Below are positions 12,104 through 23,888 of a stretch of 38,159 bases of DNA, piece by piece (positions within the stretch are counted from its first letter, which is position 1; the number at the start of each line of letters is the position of its first letter). A program made the position numbers and the translations under genes. The stretch is from Octopus sinensis (lineage: Eukaryota), in assembly GCF_006345805.1 (NCBI RefSeq), contig NW_021835822.1, forward strand, positions 1 through 38,159, in the 5' to 3' direction. The notes below the pieces were generated by a model. It was not told the DNA's origin and did not search any database. It saw only the letters and a program-made list of their open reading frames with translations.

Positions 12104-12580
12104 CCAACTTAACGTGAATATATTGTTAGGGCACCGAATGCTAAGTTATTTACCTTGAGAGGACTTCTTATATGGACGCACGGTGCATAAGTGATTCTCA
12201 TCTGATAGCGACAAATCTGGATATAAAGTTGGGCCTAAAGAGCATCTTTTGGTATTAGAACTGTTCCTGTCGCTAATTTTTTTTTTTTTTTTGATAGGCC
12301 CATTGACTATTTGCGACGCCAGGGCCTGAACGGTCACTGAAATTCCTAATATCGCTGGCAATGATGTTCGGCTGTATGCGGCTACCGGATGCTCTGCCAC
12401 TGAAGAGACAGGCCACGTCGAAATAACGTGATCTACCAGTTCCGGTGCATATAGCAGATGATTCTCATCTGCCAGCGGTTTAAATAAGTGCTTTTATACA
12501 TCATGTCTCGATATGGGAGTCCATCTCAAGGTAAATAACGCATTATTCGGCAGTCTAACAATGCATCCAAGTTAAATTGG
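12104..12580 (+). mobile_element. Hammerhead-bearing element with about 73-bp diverged inverted ends and an internal 262-nt direct repeat
   Basis: IR 12104-12176 / 12508-12580 with a perfect 16-bp core GTTATTTACCTTGAGA; DR 12181-12210 / 12443-12477. Confidence 0.65.
12385..12445 (+). ncRNA. Type I hammerhead motif (stem I partly decayed)
   Basis: CUGAAGA, GAC-AGGCCAC-GUC, GAAA, near-palindromic AUAACGUGAU, AUC site (C12433). Confidence 0.65.
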
Positions 12581-13922
12581 TTATAAATATTAACTCTTCT
12601 AAATATATTAACAACAAAAGTAGCGAAAAATGTTAATAATCGGGTAAATTATATTGTATTGCGTTCCCAGTTTTCTCAGTTTTTTCGGAACTTTCTTTCA
12701 ACGCCGTCCGCAAGAAGCTCATCAAACCATTTTCACTTGTTAATTACTTTTAACAGTTTTACACAAAGAAAAACAGTACTATATTTGGAGATGTCTAACA
12801 GGAAGCGTCTACGTGATCAACCTACCTGCTAGAAATAACAACATTTGTATTAAATTACATCTCCAGTAGAAAAAGAAAGGCAGTATCGGGTCTCAGATAA
12901 ACTTTCTTAAGAGGCCTGTATTTGTTCATGTTTTCTTGCTAAGAGTTGACTGAAAGATAAGAAGAACTTCAGTACCTTCAGCAACATCAATAACAACAGT
13001 AACAACAACAGCTTGCATTTATGTAATGATTGTTACCATTCTTTTACTGTGAATATTCTGAAGAATTATAATTGATTAGCTTTAAAATGGTGAAAGTTGT
13101 CTTTTGAATATTTTTTCGGTCTTATAAAGTTGAATAAAGTTGCGCGTCTTGTATAAAATTAGAGTTATTTATAACTCCTCAATAAGTCAGAATACGTCTA
13201 CTGATATATTCGAGTTTGCTGACATATGTAAAGCACAGTCAGCAATGATATAGCTTTATTTCAAAGTTAGCAACTGGTTCTACAACCTGCTCCAAAGTTA
13301 GTAAATAGCAATGATATTCTGTAACGGTATCATTATCAAAAGTAGAAATATCTACACTTATAATTCAGACGTAGTTCTTGTTGTTAAAGACGAACCAAAA
13401 TGAATCTGCTGAATTGTTGATGGTGAAGTAATATCTATAAAACAGGGGGTGGGGGTGGATATATTCAAGTACGAAGCGTAAAACACGAAGAAATTACCAA
13501 GGCGGAATGAAAATTCAAATATTTACTTTAAAATATTTTCCTCTGAAATTCAAATTTTGTCGACCAATTTCTTGAAGTTGATATTAGAAAGTCAAATATA
13601 GGATCTTTGAGTGGCTCACAAAATCACATACTTCTTAGTTTACCTGAAATATTGATACAGAAACTATCAAGCAGAGGATTAAACCTTCTGAAGGTTGTTC
13701 ATTTCCTCTTGTACACTAACAACTTATTTTGACCAATCAGACTAATAAAGAGGACAAGGAAATTTAATAATGGGAGCGAACATCTTTATATCCTATTGAA
13801 CGTATAGTAGGAACATATTACTGCAGGATTGGCCTTGAAAGATCCCTTCATATAGACATATAGTGCTAAAAAGCACAGGCATATTGTTAGCAGACGAGAA
13901 TCATCTAGCACGAGTGGTGGAA

Positions 13923-13969
13923 CGACCTGATCCCATGATTTCAGTGTATATGTCTTTCATCAGTAGCAG
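13923..13969 (-). ncRNA. Decayed hammerhead motif, paralogue of 12385-12445
   Basis: CUGAUGA..GAAAUCAUGGGAUC. Flanks 13887-14005 align to about 12350-12477 (shared AGATGATTCTC.TCTGC). Confidence 0.55.
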
Positions 13970-14289
13970 ACGTCCACTAACCGCATGCTAGACGATCATT
14001 GGCTGTTAATGATATGTCTGTTGGCCTGAACACAAAACGCCTGTATTAGAAGACCTTGCTGTAAGTTGACATTTTAACAATTCATGAACGTTAAGTAGGA
14101 TATAAAGATTGCTATTCGGTATTGATACTGTTTTAGTCGTTAACATTTAAAAAAAAAGGTATATATTTATATTGGCACAAGGACAGAAAATTGTAAAGGA
14201 GTAACAGCCTAAAAGTTGTTTTATTTTGAAATAGAAAAAAAAAACGCTCCATAGTATTCCTACGTCACTCCGTTAATCATAGCCGTGTG

Positions 14290-14520
14290 GTTTTGGATTC
14301 ACTTTACTGCGCAGGACCTACCGTAACTTGAGATCAAATAAAACCATGTATACAAAAACTTAGCTTCGAATCGATCAATGTTTTGTGAATGAAATTTGTA
14401 GACAGAACTTATGTGGTAGACCATTACAGGAATTAGGCTTGTTTTAACATAACTACCTGGCCCGTAGATATATGCCTTGAAATCCATTCTGTTGCAAAAA
14501 TTTGAACCAGGTTTCCGATT
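14290..14520 (-). mobile_element. Possible ancient LINE reverse-transcriptase remnant
   Basis: Broken frames give QQNGFQ, STGQVVMLKQ and VYMVLFDLK, resembling the RT motifs QxGFR..ST and FxDLxKA. Confidence 0.3.
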
Positions 14521-15540
14521 TCAACAGAACTTCCTGTCTTTTTCCCAGCTTTCAGAAAGAATGTAAAAATGGTCGAAAGCGCTGATCATCCTCCTAGGAC
14601 TGTGATATAGAAAGTAAATCAAAATACTCTACTATTTCTGCTCTTATTCCTCGACTCTTTCAATGTCTTGAACTTAAAAGCTCTCTGAATCTTTTTGGCA
14701 GGCGCCTTAAAATATGTAGATATTTGTTTTTACTTATCTGAGAAAGATATACGTTGACGTGATTTACACAGGCAGACACTCACATATTTTGGGTTTCAGC
14801 ACTTGCGTGGTACATTTTTTAAATATTATTATTAATCCTAGAAATAAAGGAAGGCGCATTCGAAAACGGAATGTTCCGAAATTAGAACAAAAATACATAA
14901 TTAAATAGTACAAAAATATGTTCTCCGGTGTTCTTCAGTAACAGTATCTTCTCACATTATTAAATTCAATAACACACCAACTGTAAAAAAAAGATGTCGA
15001 AGAGATATAATGCATTTTTCTAACACGAGTGTTTTTTCATACATTGTTGTAAGTAACATACAGATATAGGCAATGGTTATGATAAAAAGTCGCCATAATG
15101 TATTCATAATGCAAGTCGCATCTTAAGCAAAGGGAATAGGACTGGTTGAGAAAATGCAGTGTTTTATTTTTATAAACAGAAAAAAAAACAACACTAGGGA
15201 GAATGAGGAAAAAATACAAACGAACATCCGTTGGAATTTAAATATTGTACGCATAAAATTACTACTTTGGAGACCCGGTTTATCGATAATATGGTTATTG
15301 ATATTGCTAGTTCTAGTGAATAAAATATCCAGGAAAAAGTGCAACGGACACCGAGAAAATAGAAAACTAGTGCGTGATGGAAGATAGAATGCATCGATAT
15401 TATGCCAACTGAGATTAGTAGCATGATGACTAAAATTGAAAGACACACAGGGAAGATAATTAAAAAACAAAATGAAAGAGGATGATGCAGAGTATTGTTC
15501 TGCGTGGAAGTGAAGTTCATTATCTATCTATCTATCTATA

Positions 15541-15575
<35 letters not shown>

Positions 15576-15608
15576 CTTTATTCAAAGCAGCAGAAAATTC
15601 AACAAAAC

Positions 15609-15646
15609 CTGTTACTCTGAGTTTCCCGTTGCCGTTCGTCGGACAG
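15609..15646 (-). ncRNA. Minimal type I hammerhead motif (CCGACGA core variant)
   Basis: Stem I CUGU/ACAG, CCGACGA, A-CG-GCAA-CG-G, GAAA, palindromic ACUC-A-GAGU, GUA site. Confidence 0.7.
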
Positions 15647-15684
15647 TTTTTGCTAGATTCTAGATTTGCTAGATTTGCTAGATT

Positions 15685-15723
15685 CTGTCCGACGAACGGC
15701 AACGGGAAACTCAGAGTAAACAG
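15685..15723 (+). ncRNA. Mirror hammerhead copy with an extra A at the cleavage junction
   Basis: Same as 15609-15646 but GAGUAAACAG instead of GAGUAACAG. Confidence 0.6.
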
Positions 15724-16322
15724 GTTTTGTTGAATTTTCTGCTGCTTTGAATAAAGCATATTACTTTACCACTGGTATTTGAGTACTCTTTTTTCCACCT
15801 TGTTTCACATTTATGTGTTTACTCCGGTATATATATATTTATATGCAAAGAAACAATAACTGCTAAAATAGAAGCATATTACACCGAAGTAAATGATTTT
15901 CATAACGAAATATTTCATAAAAAGGTTTAAAACAGAAACAATACGGTATTCCAAATATACAAAAGAAAACAAAGAGATAATTATTCCTTAGCCAATAATC
16001 ATATCGGAATCGACTCTGAGAATATAAGCCTGAGTAAAATTCAACAATAACTCGGAAGTTGTGGGCTGACAGTATAAACAGTTTGATTTTTGCTTGATCA
16101 ATACCTTAGCACACAAACCTTTTAACCAAAATAGGAAGTTAGGACTGTCTTCAAGTGCAGACTATTTAGCCCAACGATACGACAATTGGCAACATAATTC
16201 TTGGTCTCTAGATCTTTGAAAAATGATAGTTGATACATTCACAAGTGCGATGAAATCGACCTACGGCTATATACATTGAATAATATTACGTAAAATGAAG
16301 CAGTGTAGGAATATAATAAATA

Positions 16323-16706
16323 AGGGAGGCAGCACTCCGTCGGTTACGACGATGAGGGTTCCGGTTGCCCCGAATCAACGGAACAGCCTGCTCGTGAAAT
16401 TAACGTGTAAGTGGCTGAGCACTCCACAGACACGTGTACCCTTAACGTAGTTCTCGGGGATATTCAGCGTGACACAGAGAGTGACAAGGCGGCCTTTGAA
16501 ATACAGGTTCAACAGAAACAGGAAGTAAGAGTGAGAGAAAGTTGTGGTGAAAAGAGCAGCAGGGATCACCACCATCCCCTGCCGGAGCCTCGTGGAGCTT
16601 TAGGTGTTTTCGCTCAATAAACACTCACAACGCCCGGTCTGGGAATCGAAACCGCGATCCTATGACGCGAGTCCGCTGCCCTAACCATGGGCCATTGCGC
16701 CTCCAC
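16323..16706 (-). mobile_element. SINE family C, full copy with perfect 16-bp TSD
   Basis: AGGAATATAATAAATA at 16307-16322 and 16707-16722; tRNA head at the right end. Confidence 0.92.
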
Positions 16707-17219
16707 AGGAATATAATAAATACGAATCATATAACAACGAAATGGCCACAATAAGCAGCAACATCTTTGTTCAGACTTGCAGAAATGTCAAGCTGAACAG
16801 GTGAGATAAAATTATCAATGCAAACAACCCAAAATATCACTCAGAAGAGGAAGAGGAAATGTCAAAGTAAAATGATCCTGAAATAGAAATATGAAGAATG
16901 TGGGACATAAAAGGAAAAATGATACCAAAATAATGGAAGTATTTATTGTGACGAGATTAAAGCATGAACAAAAGCTTAAAAACATACCGGGTCCCACGGC
17001 GATACACAAATTTAGCTCTGTGAGGTTTAGCCCACATCATATGCAAGACACTTTCGTTTCAATAGAACAACTCATGTTTAGTTACTGTATAACAAATATT
17101 GAAATATGCTTACGCCCAAATAATTAACAACATTCGCACAACACATACCCTGCAGATCTAGCACACAATAACATCACTTACACAGCATGTAACTCAACGC
17201 ACAAATACGTACAAAATAA

Positions 17220-17502
17220 TTGTCAGAGGTTGTTTAGATTAATGGTTAGAGCTTCCAGCTGGTATCTGAGTGGTACAGGTTCGACTCCGCAGCGCCACCC
17301 GCTGGCAATTGTGTAGAAAAGGTGGCGAGCTGCTAGAAACGTAAGCACGCATGGCAAAATGCTTACCGACATTTCGTCCTTTTTGACATAGTGAGTTCAA
17401 TTTCTGCTGAGGTCAGCTATATTTTTACTTCTTAGCGGCATTTCGTCCGTCTTTAAGACCTGAGTTCAAATTCTGTCGAGATGGACTTTGCCTTTCATCC
17501 TT
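17220..17502 (+). repeat. 283-bp composite (tRNA-like head plus two SINE A heads), duplicated at 18104-18386
   Basis: About 5 substitutions between the copies; offset 884 bp. Confidence 0.9.
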
Positions 17503-17828
17503 CTCATTTACATTTCATATACTTTACGTAACAAACACAGGAAATACTAAAATACGATGAGGAGCAGCAAAATAAATCCAACAACAAATAAAAAAAGCTG
17601 ATGTCTAATGTAGTCGATACAGTGCTAAACCATCAAATATTAATACTGCACTTGCCCCATTGATATGGAAATATAACTGGAGTTGTAACAGATTTTGCAT
17701 AATAATTTCAGAGCGTGTTTATAATAGCAATTTCTGAGAAAATCACAAAGCGAAAGATTTTCTAGAAGGGACAGATGGTTACATCTACTCATCTACTTGA
17801 TCGGTGTTATTACTGGGGAACTTAAGGG

Positions 17829-18037
17829 GGCGAGCTGGCAGAATCGTCAGCGCGCTGGACGAAATGCTTAGCGATATTTCGCCCGTCGCTGCGTTCTTAG
17901 TTCAAATTCCGCCGAGGTGAATTTGCCTTTCATATTTTCGGGGTCAATAAATTAACTACCAATGAAGCACTGGGGTCGATATAATTGATTAGTCCTCATC
18001 CCCAAAATTTTGAGGCCTTGTGCCTATAGTAGAAAGG
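17829..18037 (+). mobile_element. SINE family A, alternative tail
   Basis: Family A head and core with a GGCCTTGTGCCTATAGTAGAAAGG tail. Confidence 0.85.
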
Positions 18038-18103
18038 TGAACTTATGTTAATAGACAGGAATATGGTTAAAGAGCATTACAAAATGCCTTGCGATGTTTT
18101 TTC

Positions 18104-18726
18104 TTGTCAGAGGTTGTTTAGATTAATGGTTAGAGCTTCCAGCTGGTATCTGAGTGGTACAGGTTCGACTCCGCAGCGCCACCCGCAGGCAACTGTTTAG
18201 AAAAGGTGGCGAGCTGGTAGAAACGTAAGCACGCATGGCAAAATACTTACCGACATTTCGTCCTTTTTGACATAGTGAGTTCAATTTCTGCTGAGGTCAG
18301 CTATATTTTTACTTCTTAGCGGCATTTCGTCCGTCTTTAAGACCTGAGTTCAAATTCTGTCGAGATGGACTTTGCCTTTCATCCTTTTGGGGTTCGACAA
18401 AATAAGTGCAAGTTGAGTACTGGGGTCGATGTAATCGACTTACCCCTCTTAGCGGCATTTCGTCCGCCTTTAAGATCTGAGTTCAAATTCCGCGCAGGTG
18501 GACATTGCCCTTCATCTTTTAGGGGTCGATAAAATAATTACCAGTTGAGCACTGTTGAGGTCGATGTAATCAACTTACTCCACCCACCCCCGACTTTGCC
18601 TTTCTTCTTTTCGGGCTCTTAAATAAGTACCAGTTACGCACTGGGGTCGATGTAATCGACTTATTCCGTTTGTCTGTCCTTGTTTGTCCTCTCTGTGTTT
18701 AGCCCCTTATGGGTAATAAAGAAATA
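18104..18726 (+). mobile_element. Stack of co-oriented SINE family A fragments
   Basis: Repeated GAGTTCAAATT / GGGGTCGATGTAATCGACTT modules ending in a full A tail at 18726. Confidence 0.8.
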
Positions 18727-18772
18727 GGTGTTGCCTTGGGGGAGGCTTACACTCTCTGAGCGCCCTTGTTTA
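18727..18772 (+). mobile_element. Orphan 3' end of a Helentron/HINE-like element
   Basis: GGTGTTGCCTTGGGGGAGG..CACTCTCTGAGCG matches 20202-20245. Confidence 0.55.
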
Positions 18773-18804
18773 TTATTATAAAAGGAAAGTAGACCTCGAT
18801 GAAA

Positions 18805-19420
<616 letters not shown>

Positions 19421-19871
19421 CTTAGAGAAATAAATGTAAAAATGCAGTACAAGATACTTTTCTTCTTTACAGGAATACATTGCATCAAACATACTGCATC
19501 AATATGCTAAAAGCCTATTTCAAGGCTGGAACCATATTGATCATTTGCCTGGAATAATGCTTCATGTCAATTTATACAGAGATTCTGAATGGAGTTTATC
19601 AATATCAACATCTTTGTGGTGAAACTAAACACTCGTAAACATTGAAATCGATTTGGCATAAAAATTATACCTTATCAACAACTTTTATATGCATCCGTCT
19701 ATAATGGAACGATAGATCATATAACAAAATTAGAAAATAGTCGTTCGAGATTATAGTTTAAATAATGAGAAGAATAGCAGATTCTGTGTGTTTCTTTATT
19801 ATTTATATATTTATTATTTATATATTTATTATTTATATATTTATTATTTATATATTTATTATTTATATATT

Positions 19872-20245
19872 TATTACCTCCGCCTTCACTAAGGCAGGGG
19901 TATTGTTTTCAGTTGCTTTTGTTTGTCTGTTAACAAGATATCTCAAGAACCTCTTGATGTATTCAGATGAAACTTTCAGGGATGTTTGGCCTCGTGACTG
20001 GCATGAACTGATTAGATTTGGGGATCGATCCGGTACCGGTCAAGGGTTTGGAATTATTTTTCCTGTTTTTTGTTTTTTTTTTATTTAATTTTTGAGAGCG
20101 GTCGGGTTCACATTTAGTATTCTCGTTTGTGAGAGCAGTCAAGTTTATTTCAGATATTCTCATTTAAAAATTCATCTCTGGCTAATCGTTGAGAGGACAT
20201 TGGTGTTGCCTTGGCGGAGGTTTCTGCTCTCTGAATGCTCTTGTT
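19872..20245 (+). mobile_element. Non-autonomous Helentron-associated (HINE/DINE-1-like) element
   Basis: Subterminal IR ACCTCCGCC (19876-19884) / GGCGGAGGT (20213-20221), 5' hairpin GCCTT-CACT-AAGGC, GTTTGTCTGT motif, decayed 3' hairpin, T-rich flanks. Confidence 0.7.
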
Positions 20246-20352
20246 TATGATTATAATTTTTTTTTGCCGTTATGTACCAATTCGTGTATAAATGGCAGTA
20301 TGTATATGCATGCATATGAGCACACATAAACAATTATACATGCCTACACATA

Positions 20353-20777
20353 GGCGCAGGAGTGGCTGTGTGGTAAGTAGCTTGCTAACCAACCACATGG
20401 TTCTGGGTTCAGTCCCACTGCGTGGCATCTTGGGCAAGTGTCTTCTACTATAGCCCCGGGCTGACCAATGCCTTGTAAGTGGATTTGGTAGACGGAAACT
20501 GAAAGAAGCCTGTCGTATATATGTATATATATATATAAGTGTGTGTGTATATGTTTGTGTGTTTGTGTTTGTCCCCCTAGCATTGCTTGACAACCGATGC
20601 TGGTGTGTTTACGTCCCCGTCACTTAGCGGTTCGGCAAAAGAGACCGATAGAATAAGTACTGGGCTTACAAAGAATAAGTCCCGGGGTCGATTTGCTCGA
20701 CTAAAGGCGGTGCTCCAGCATGGCCGCAGTCAAAAGACTGAAACAATTAAAAGAGTAAAGAGTAAAAAGAGTAAGAG
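20353..20777 (+). mobile_element. SINE family B, full copy
   Basis: Full-length match. Confidence 0.92.
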
Positions 20778-20845
20778 TATATGCATATACTTATATATAC
20801 ACACATACGCACACGCACACACACACAAGCCATATATACGTAGAT

Positions 20846-20876
<31 letters not shown>

Positions 20877-20956
20877 GTCCCGGGTTGATTCGGGGTTAAC
20901 CACAGTAAATAAGGTACTCAATACATAGCAGAGTAAAATTAATTATTATATAGAAG

Positions 20957-21009
20957 GAGCTTCTACAGGACTAGGACTGTTTCATTCAAGAGAAATCTTC
21001 AGGAAGCTC
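20957..21009 (-). ncRNA. Complete type I hammerhead motif, mirror copy
   Basis: Reverse complement of 21011-21063 with one change in loop III. Confidence 0.85.
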
Positions 21010-21010
21010 A

Positions 21011-21063
21011 GAGCTTCCTGAAGATTTCTCTTGAATGAAACAGTTCTAGTCCTGTAGAAGCTC
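21011..21063 (+). ncRNA. Complete type I hammerhead ribozyme motif
   Basis: Stem I GAGCUUC/GAAGCUC (7 bp), CUGAAGA, U-UUC-UCUU-GAA-U, GAAA, stem III ACAG/CUGU, GUA site (A21056). Confidence 0.85.
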
Positions 21064-21077
21064 CTTCTATATAAAAA

Positions 21078-21116
<39 letters not shown>

Positions 21117-21228
21117 TACATATGTGTGTGTGTTTACATATTACATATATTTATACATATGTGTGTGTGTTTACATATTACATATATTTGTGTATATGTA
21201 TATATCCATATCTGTCTACCTGTGTATA

Positions 21229-21469
21229 GGGTAAAGACCCCCTTAGGTCATGATTGTGCAGAGATTGCATCCTGAAACAGGACCACCTAGGCACAAGTCC
21301 GGGCAAGTTTGTTTATGGAACACCAGCAGTCACCCATCCATACCGGCCTCACCTCTCCACACCACTGGTGTTATCCAAGCAAAAGGCAAAGGTTGGTACA
21401 GCTTGGCACCGGTGACATCGCAACTCATTTCTACAGCTGAGTGAACTGGAGGTACGTGAAAAGTAAAGT
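21229..21469 (-). mobile_element. SINE family D, 5'-truncated
   Basis: Homologous to 8084-8428. Confidence 0.8.
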
Positions 21470-21494
21470 GGTTGCATATGTATATATGTATATA

Positions 21495-21570
<76 letters not shown>

Positions 21571-21572
21571 AT

Positions 21573-21765
21573 ATATTAAATTTCTAAATATCTCATAGAG
21601 ATATGTACGGTGGTGGAGCGATAGAGTGGTTTTATACTGTCAACTTAACGTGACAGTTCTGTAAGGGAATTATACCACCGCTGTTAGCCCTAGGAAGCAT
21701 CGACGCTTCTTGTCGGCCTTGACACATTTCCTGTGTCCTTATATATTTACGAAGGGGAGACACAG
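21573..21765 (-). mobile_element. Second copy of the 10.2-kb fold-back element (single arm)
   Basis: Aligns to 10339-10523. Carries CUGUGUC/GACACAG-GAAA-UGU-GUC, a possible hammerhead 3' half. Confidence 0.8.
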
Positions 21766-21828
<63 letters not shown>

Positions 21829-21831
21829 TTA

Positions 21832-21995
21832 ATTTACTTGTTCAGTTATTTGGCTGCGGTCATGCTGGAGCACCTCCTTAAAGCGTTTAGTCGAACAAAT
21901 CGACCATAAGATTCATTGTTTAAGCCTAGTACATCTTCTACCGGTCGCATTTGCCGGGCGTAAACACACCACCACTAGTTGTGGAACGGTGATGG
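21832..21995 (-). mobile_element. SINE family B 3' fragment (diverged)
   Basis: TTTACTTGTTCAGT..CATGCTGGAGCACC matches the B tail. Confidence 0.7.
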
Positions 21996-22098
21996 CGGAA
22001 TATATGTATATAGCTATAGTGATCTATCTTGAGTCTGGCCTCGTTTCTGGTACGTGGTATTGATAAGTCACAAACATGTCGAAACATTAATGTTTACC

Positions 22099-22323
22099 TA
22101 TTTCTTTATTACCCACAAGGGGCTAAACACAGAGGGGACAAACAAGGACAGACATAGGTATTAAGTCGATTACATCGACCCCAGTGCGTAACTGGTACTT
22201 AATTTATCGATCCCGAAAGGATGAAAGGCAAAGTCGACCTCGGCGGAATTTGAACTCAGAACGTAGCGGCAGACGAAATACCGCTAAGCATTTCGCCCGG
22301 CGCGCTAACGTTTCTGCCAGCTC
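22099..22323 (-). mobile_element. SINE family A, full copy
   Basis: Reverse complement of the family A sequence. Confidence 0.9.
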
Positions 22324-22440
22324 ATGTTTACCGCTCCTGCAACATTTGTCAATGCCTCCACGGGTTTTAACAAGATATTTCTTTTCTTACGCCTATAAAT
22401 CGCAGCTTACCGACGTACGGGCAAAACACATTGTGCATAA

Positions 22441-22850
22441 CGACATGGTTCCGGGTTCAGTCTCTCTGCGTGGCAACTTGGGCAAATGTCTACTGTAATA
22501 GCCTCGGGCCGACCAAAGCCTTGTGAGTGGATTTGGTAGACGCAAACTGAAATACGCCCCTCGTATATATTATATATATATATATATGTGTATGTGTGTG
22601 TGTGTGTGTGCGTCTGTGTGTGTGTGTGTGTGTATCTTTGTGCACATATTTGTCCCCCATCACCACTTGAAACATATGTAGGTGTGTTTACACACTCATA
22701 CCTCTGCGGTTCGGCAAGAAAATACCGATACAATAAGTACCAGGTTTTAAAAATAAGTCCTGCGGTCGATTTCGATTAAAATCCTTCAAGGCGAGAGCAC
22801 CAGCATGGTCGCAGTCTCACGACTGAAACACGAAAAAGAACAAAAGGGGA
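22441..22850 (+). mobile_element. SINE family B (diverged)
   Basis: B-box region, internal microsatellite and tail all match. Confidence 0.8.
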
Positions 22851-22874
22851 AGAGGGAGAGCGAGAGCGAGTGGT

Positions 22875-22905
<31 letters not shown>

Positions 22906-22966
22906 AAGAGAGAGGGAGTGAGAGAGATAGACAGACAGACAGACAGATAAAATAGATAGATAGATT

Positions 22967-23011
<45 letters not shown>

Positions 23012-23033
23012 GGGGAGAGAGAGAGAGAGAGAG

Positions 23034-23066
<33 letters not shown>

Positions 23067-23141
23067 CACAGTCAGACACACAGACAGACAGACAGACAGA
23101 CAGACAGATAGACAGACATATATATATATATATATATATAT

Positions 23142-23215
<74 letters not shown>

Positions 23216-23216
23216 T
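22850..23216. repeat. (GA)n/(GATA)n/(GACA)n/(TA)n microsatellite
   Basis: Directly visible. Confidence 0.95.
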
Positions 23217-23666
23217 CATACCTGCACGCATACATTATTCATACGTACAACAATAAAAAATAAACATACGCATAATTATTTTAATATCCTTCAACAAATT
23301 ATATTTAGAATTAGTGAAGTAGCAAAACACTAGTATTGATCAAAGTTTTCTATTTTTAGTATTTTATTAATTTTTCCGAGTCTTATGTTTGGTTATTTTA
23401 TATATCAATTTATTTATTTAGAAAAAAATATATGATAAAATGATATATTTCTATATTTTGCTGAATTTTAAATACCAAATTAAATTAAATAAAATGCTGA
23501 AGGGCAAAAAAAAAAATATAATTTTACTAATAATCGAAATTTCAATTGGTTACCGTACCAGATTTACAATTTCAATTCGATACCGTTGTCTATTATATAC
23601 ATACATACATACATAGATACATACATACATACATACATACATACATACATACATACATACTTACAC

Positions 23667-23699
<33 letters not shown>

Positions 23700-23854
23700 C
23701 ATACATACATATATGAACATATATATATATATTCATATATATATATATATAAAGTTAATCCAAACAAGAAAACAAAAACAAAAAAACAACAACGCAAGGA
23801 CGTGGAACAAATAAAGTATTATTGGACGCTCAGGAAAGAAGGGAAGAAGGAAGG

Positions 23855-23888
23855 GTCGACGTTTCGAGCGGAGCTCTTCGTCGGAAAC
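23855..23888 (-). ncRNA. Minimal hammerhead motif (CCGACGA core, loopless ACGU stem III) in a pLTR-like fragment at about 23785-23965
   Basis: GUUU-CCGACGA-A-GAGC-UCC-GCUC-GAAAC-GUC-GAC; stem I weak. Confidence 0.65.

Larger units (their letters stand above)
15576..15830. mobile_element. Head-to-head inverted Penelope-like pLTR pair within (TA)n
   Basis: Arms 15576-15646 and 15685-15756 differ by a single 1-nt indel; 38-nt spacer of TTTGCTAGA repeats; right copy extends to about 15830. Confidence 0.85.
20873..21082. mobile_element. Near-perfect palindromic Penelope-like pLTR pair between (TA)n tracts
   Basis: 64-bp arms 20946-21009 / 21011-21074, 1-nt centre (A21010), one mismatch; left copy extends to 20873. 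Confidence 0.88.

Noticed and set aside
13030-13110. CUGAAGA..GAAAGUUGUC
   Set aside because: Stem III and the stem I junction do not form; likely chance in AT-rich DNA.
17240-17300. tRNA-like sequence (and the SINE heads generally)
   Set aside because: A- and B-box-like motifs are present but there is no complete cloverleaf; these are SINE-derived.
19795-19875. 15-bp tandem repeat; also a 16-bp repeat near 24055-24125 and a 34-bp doublet near 21117-21190
   Set aside because: Low-complexity minisatellites without spacers; not CRISPR-like.
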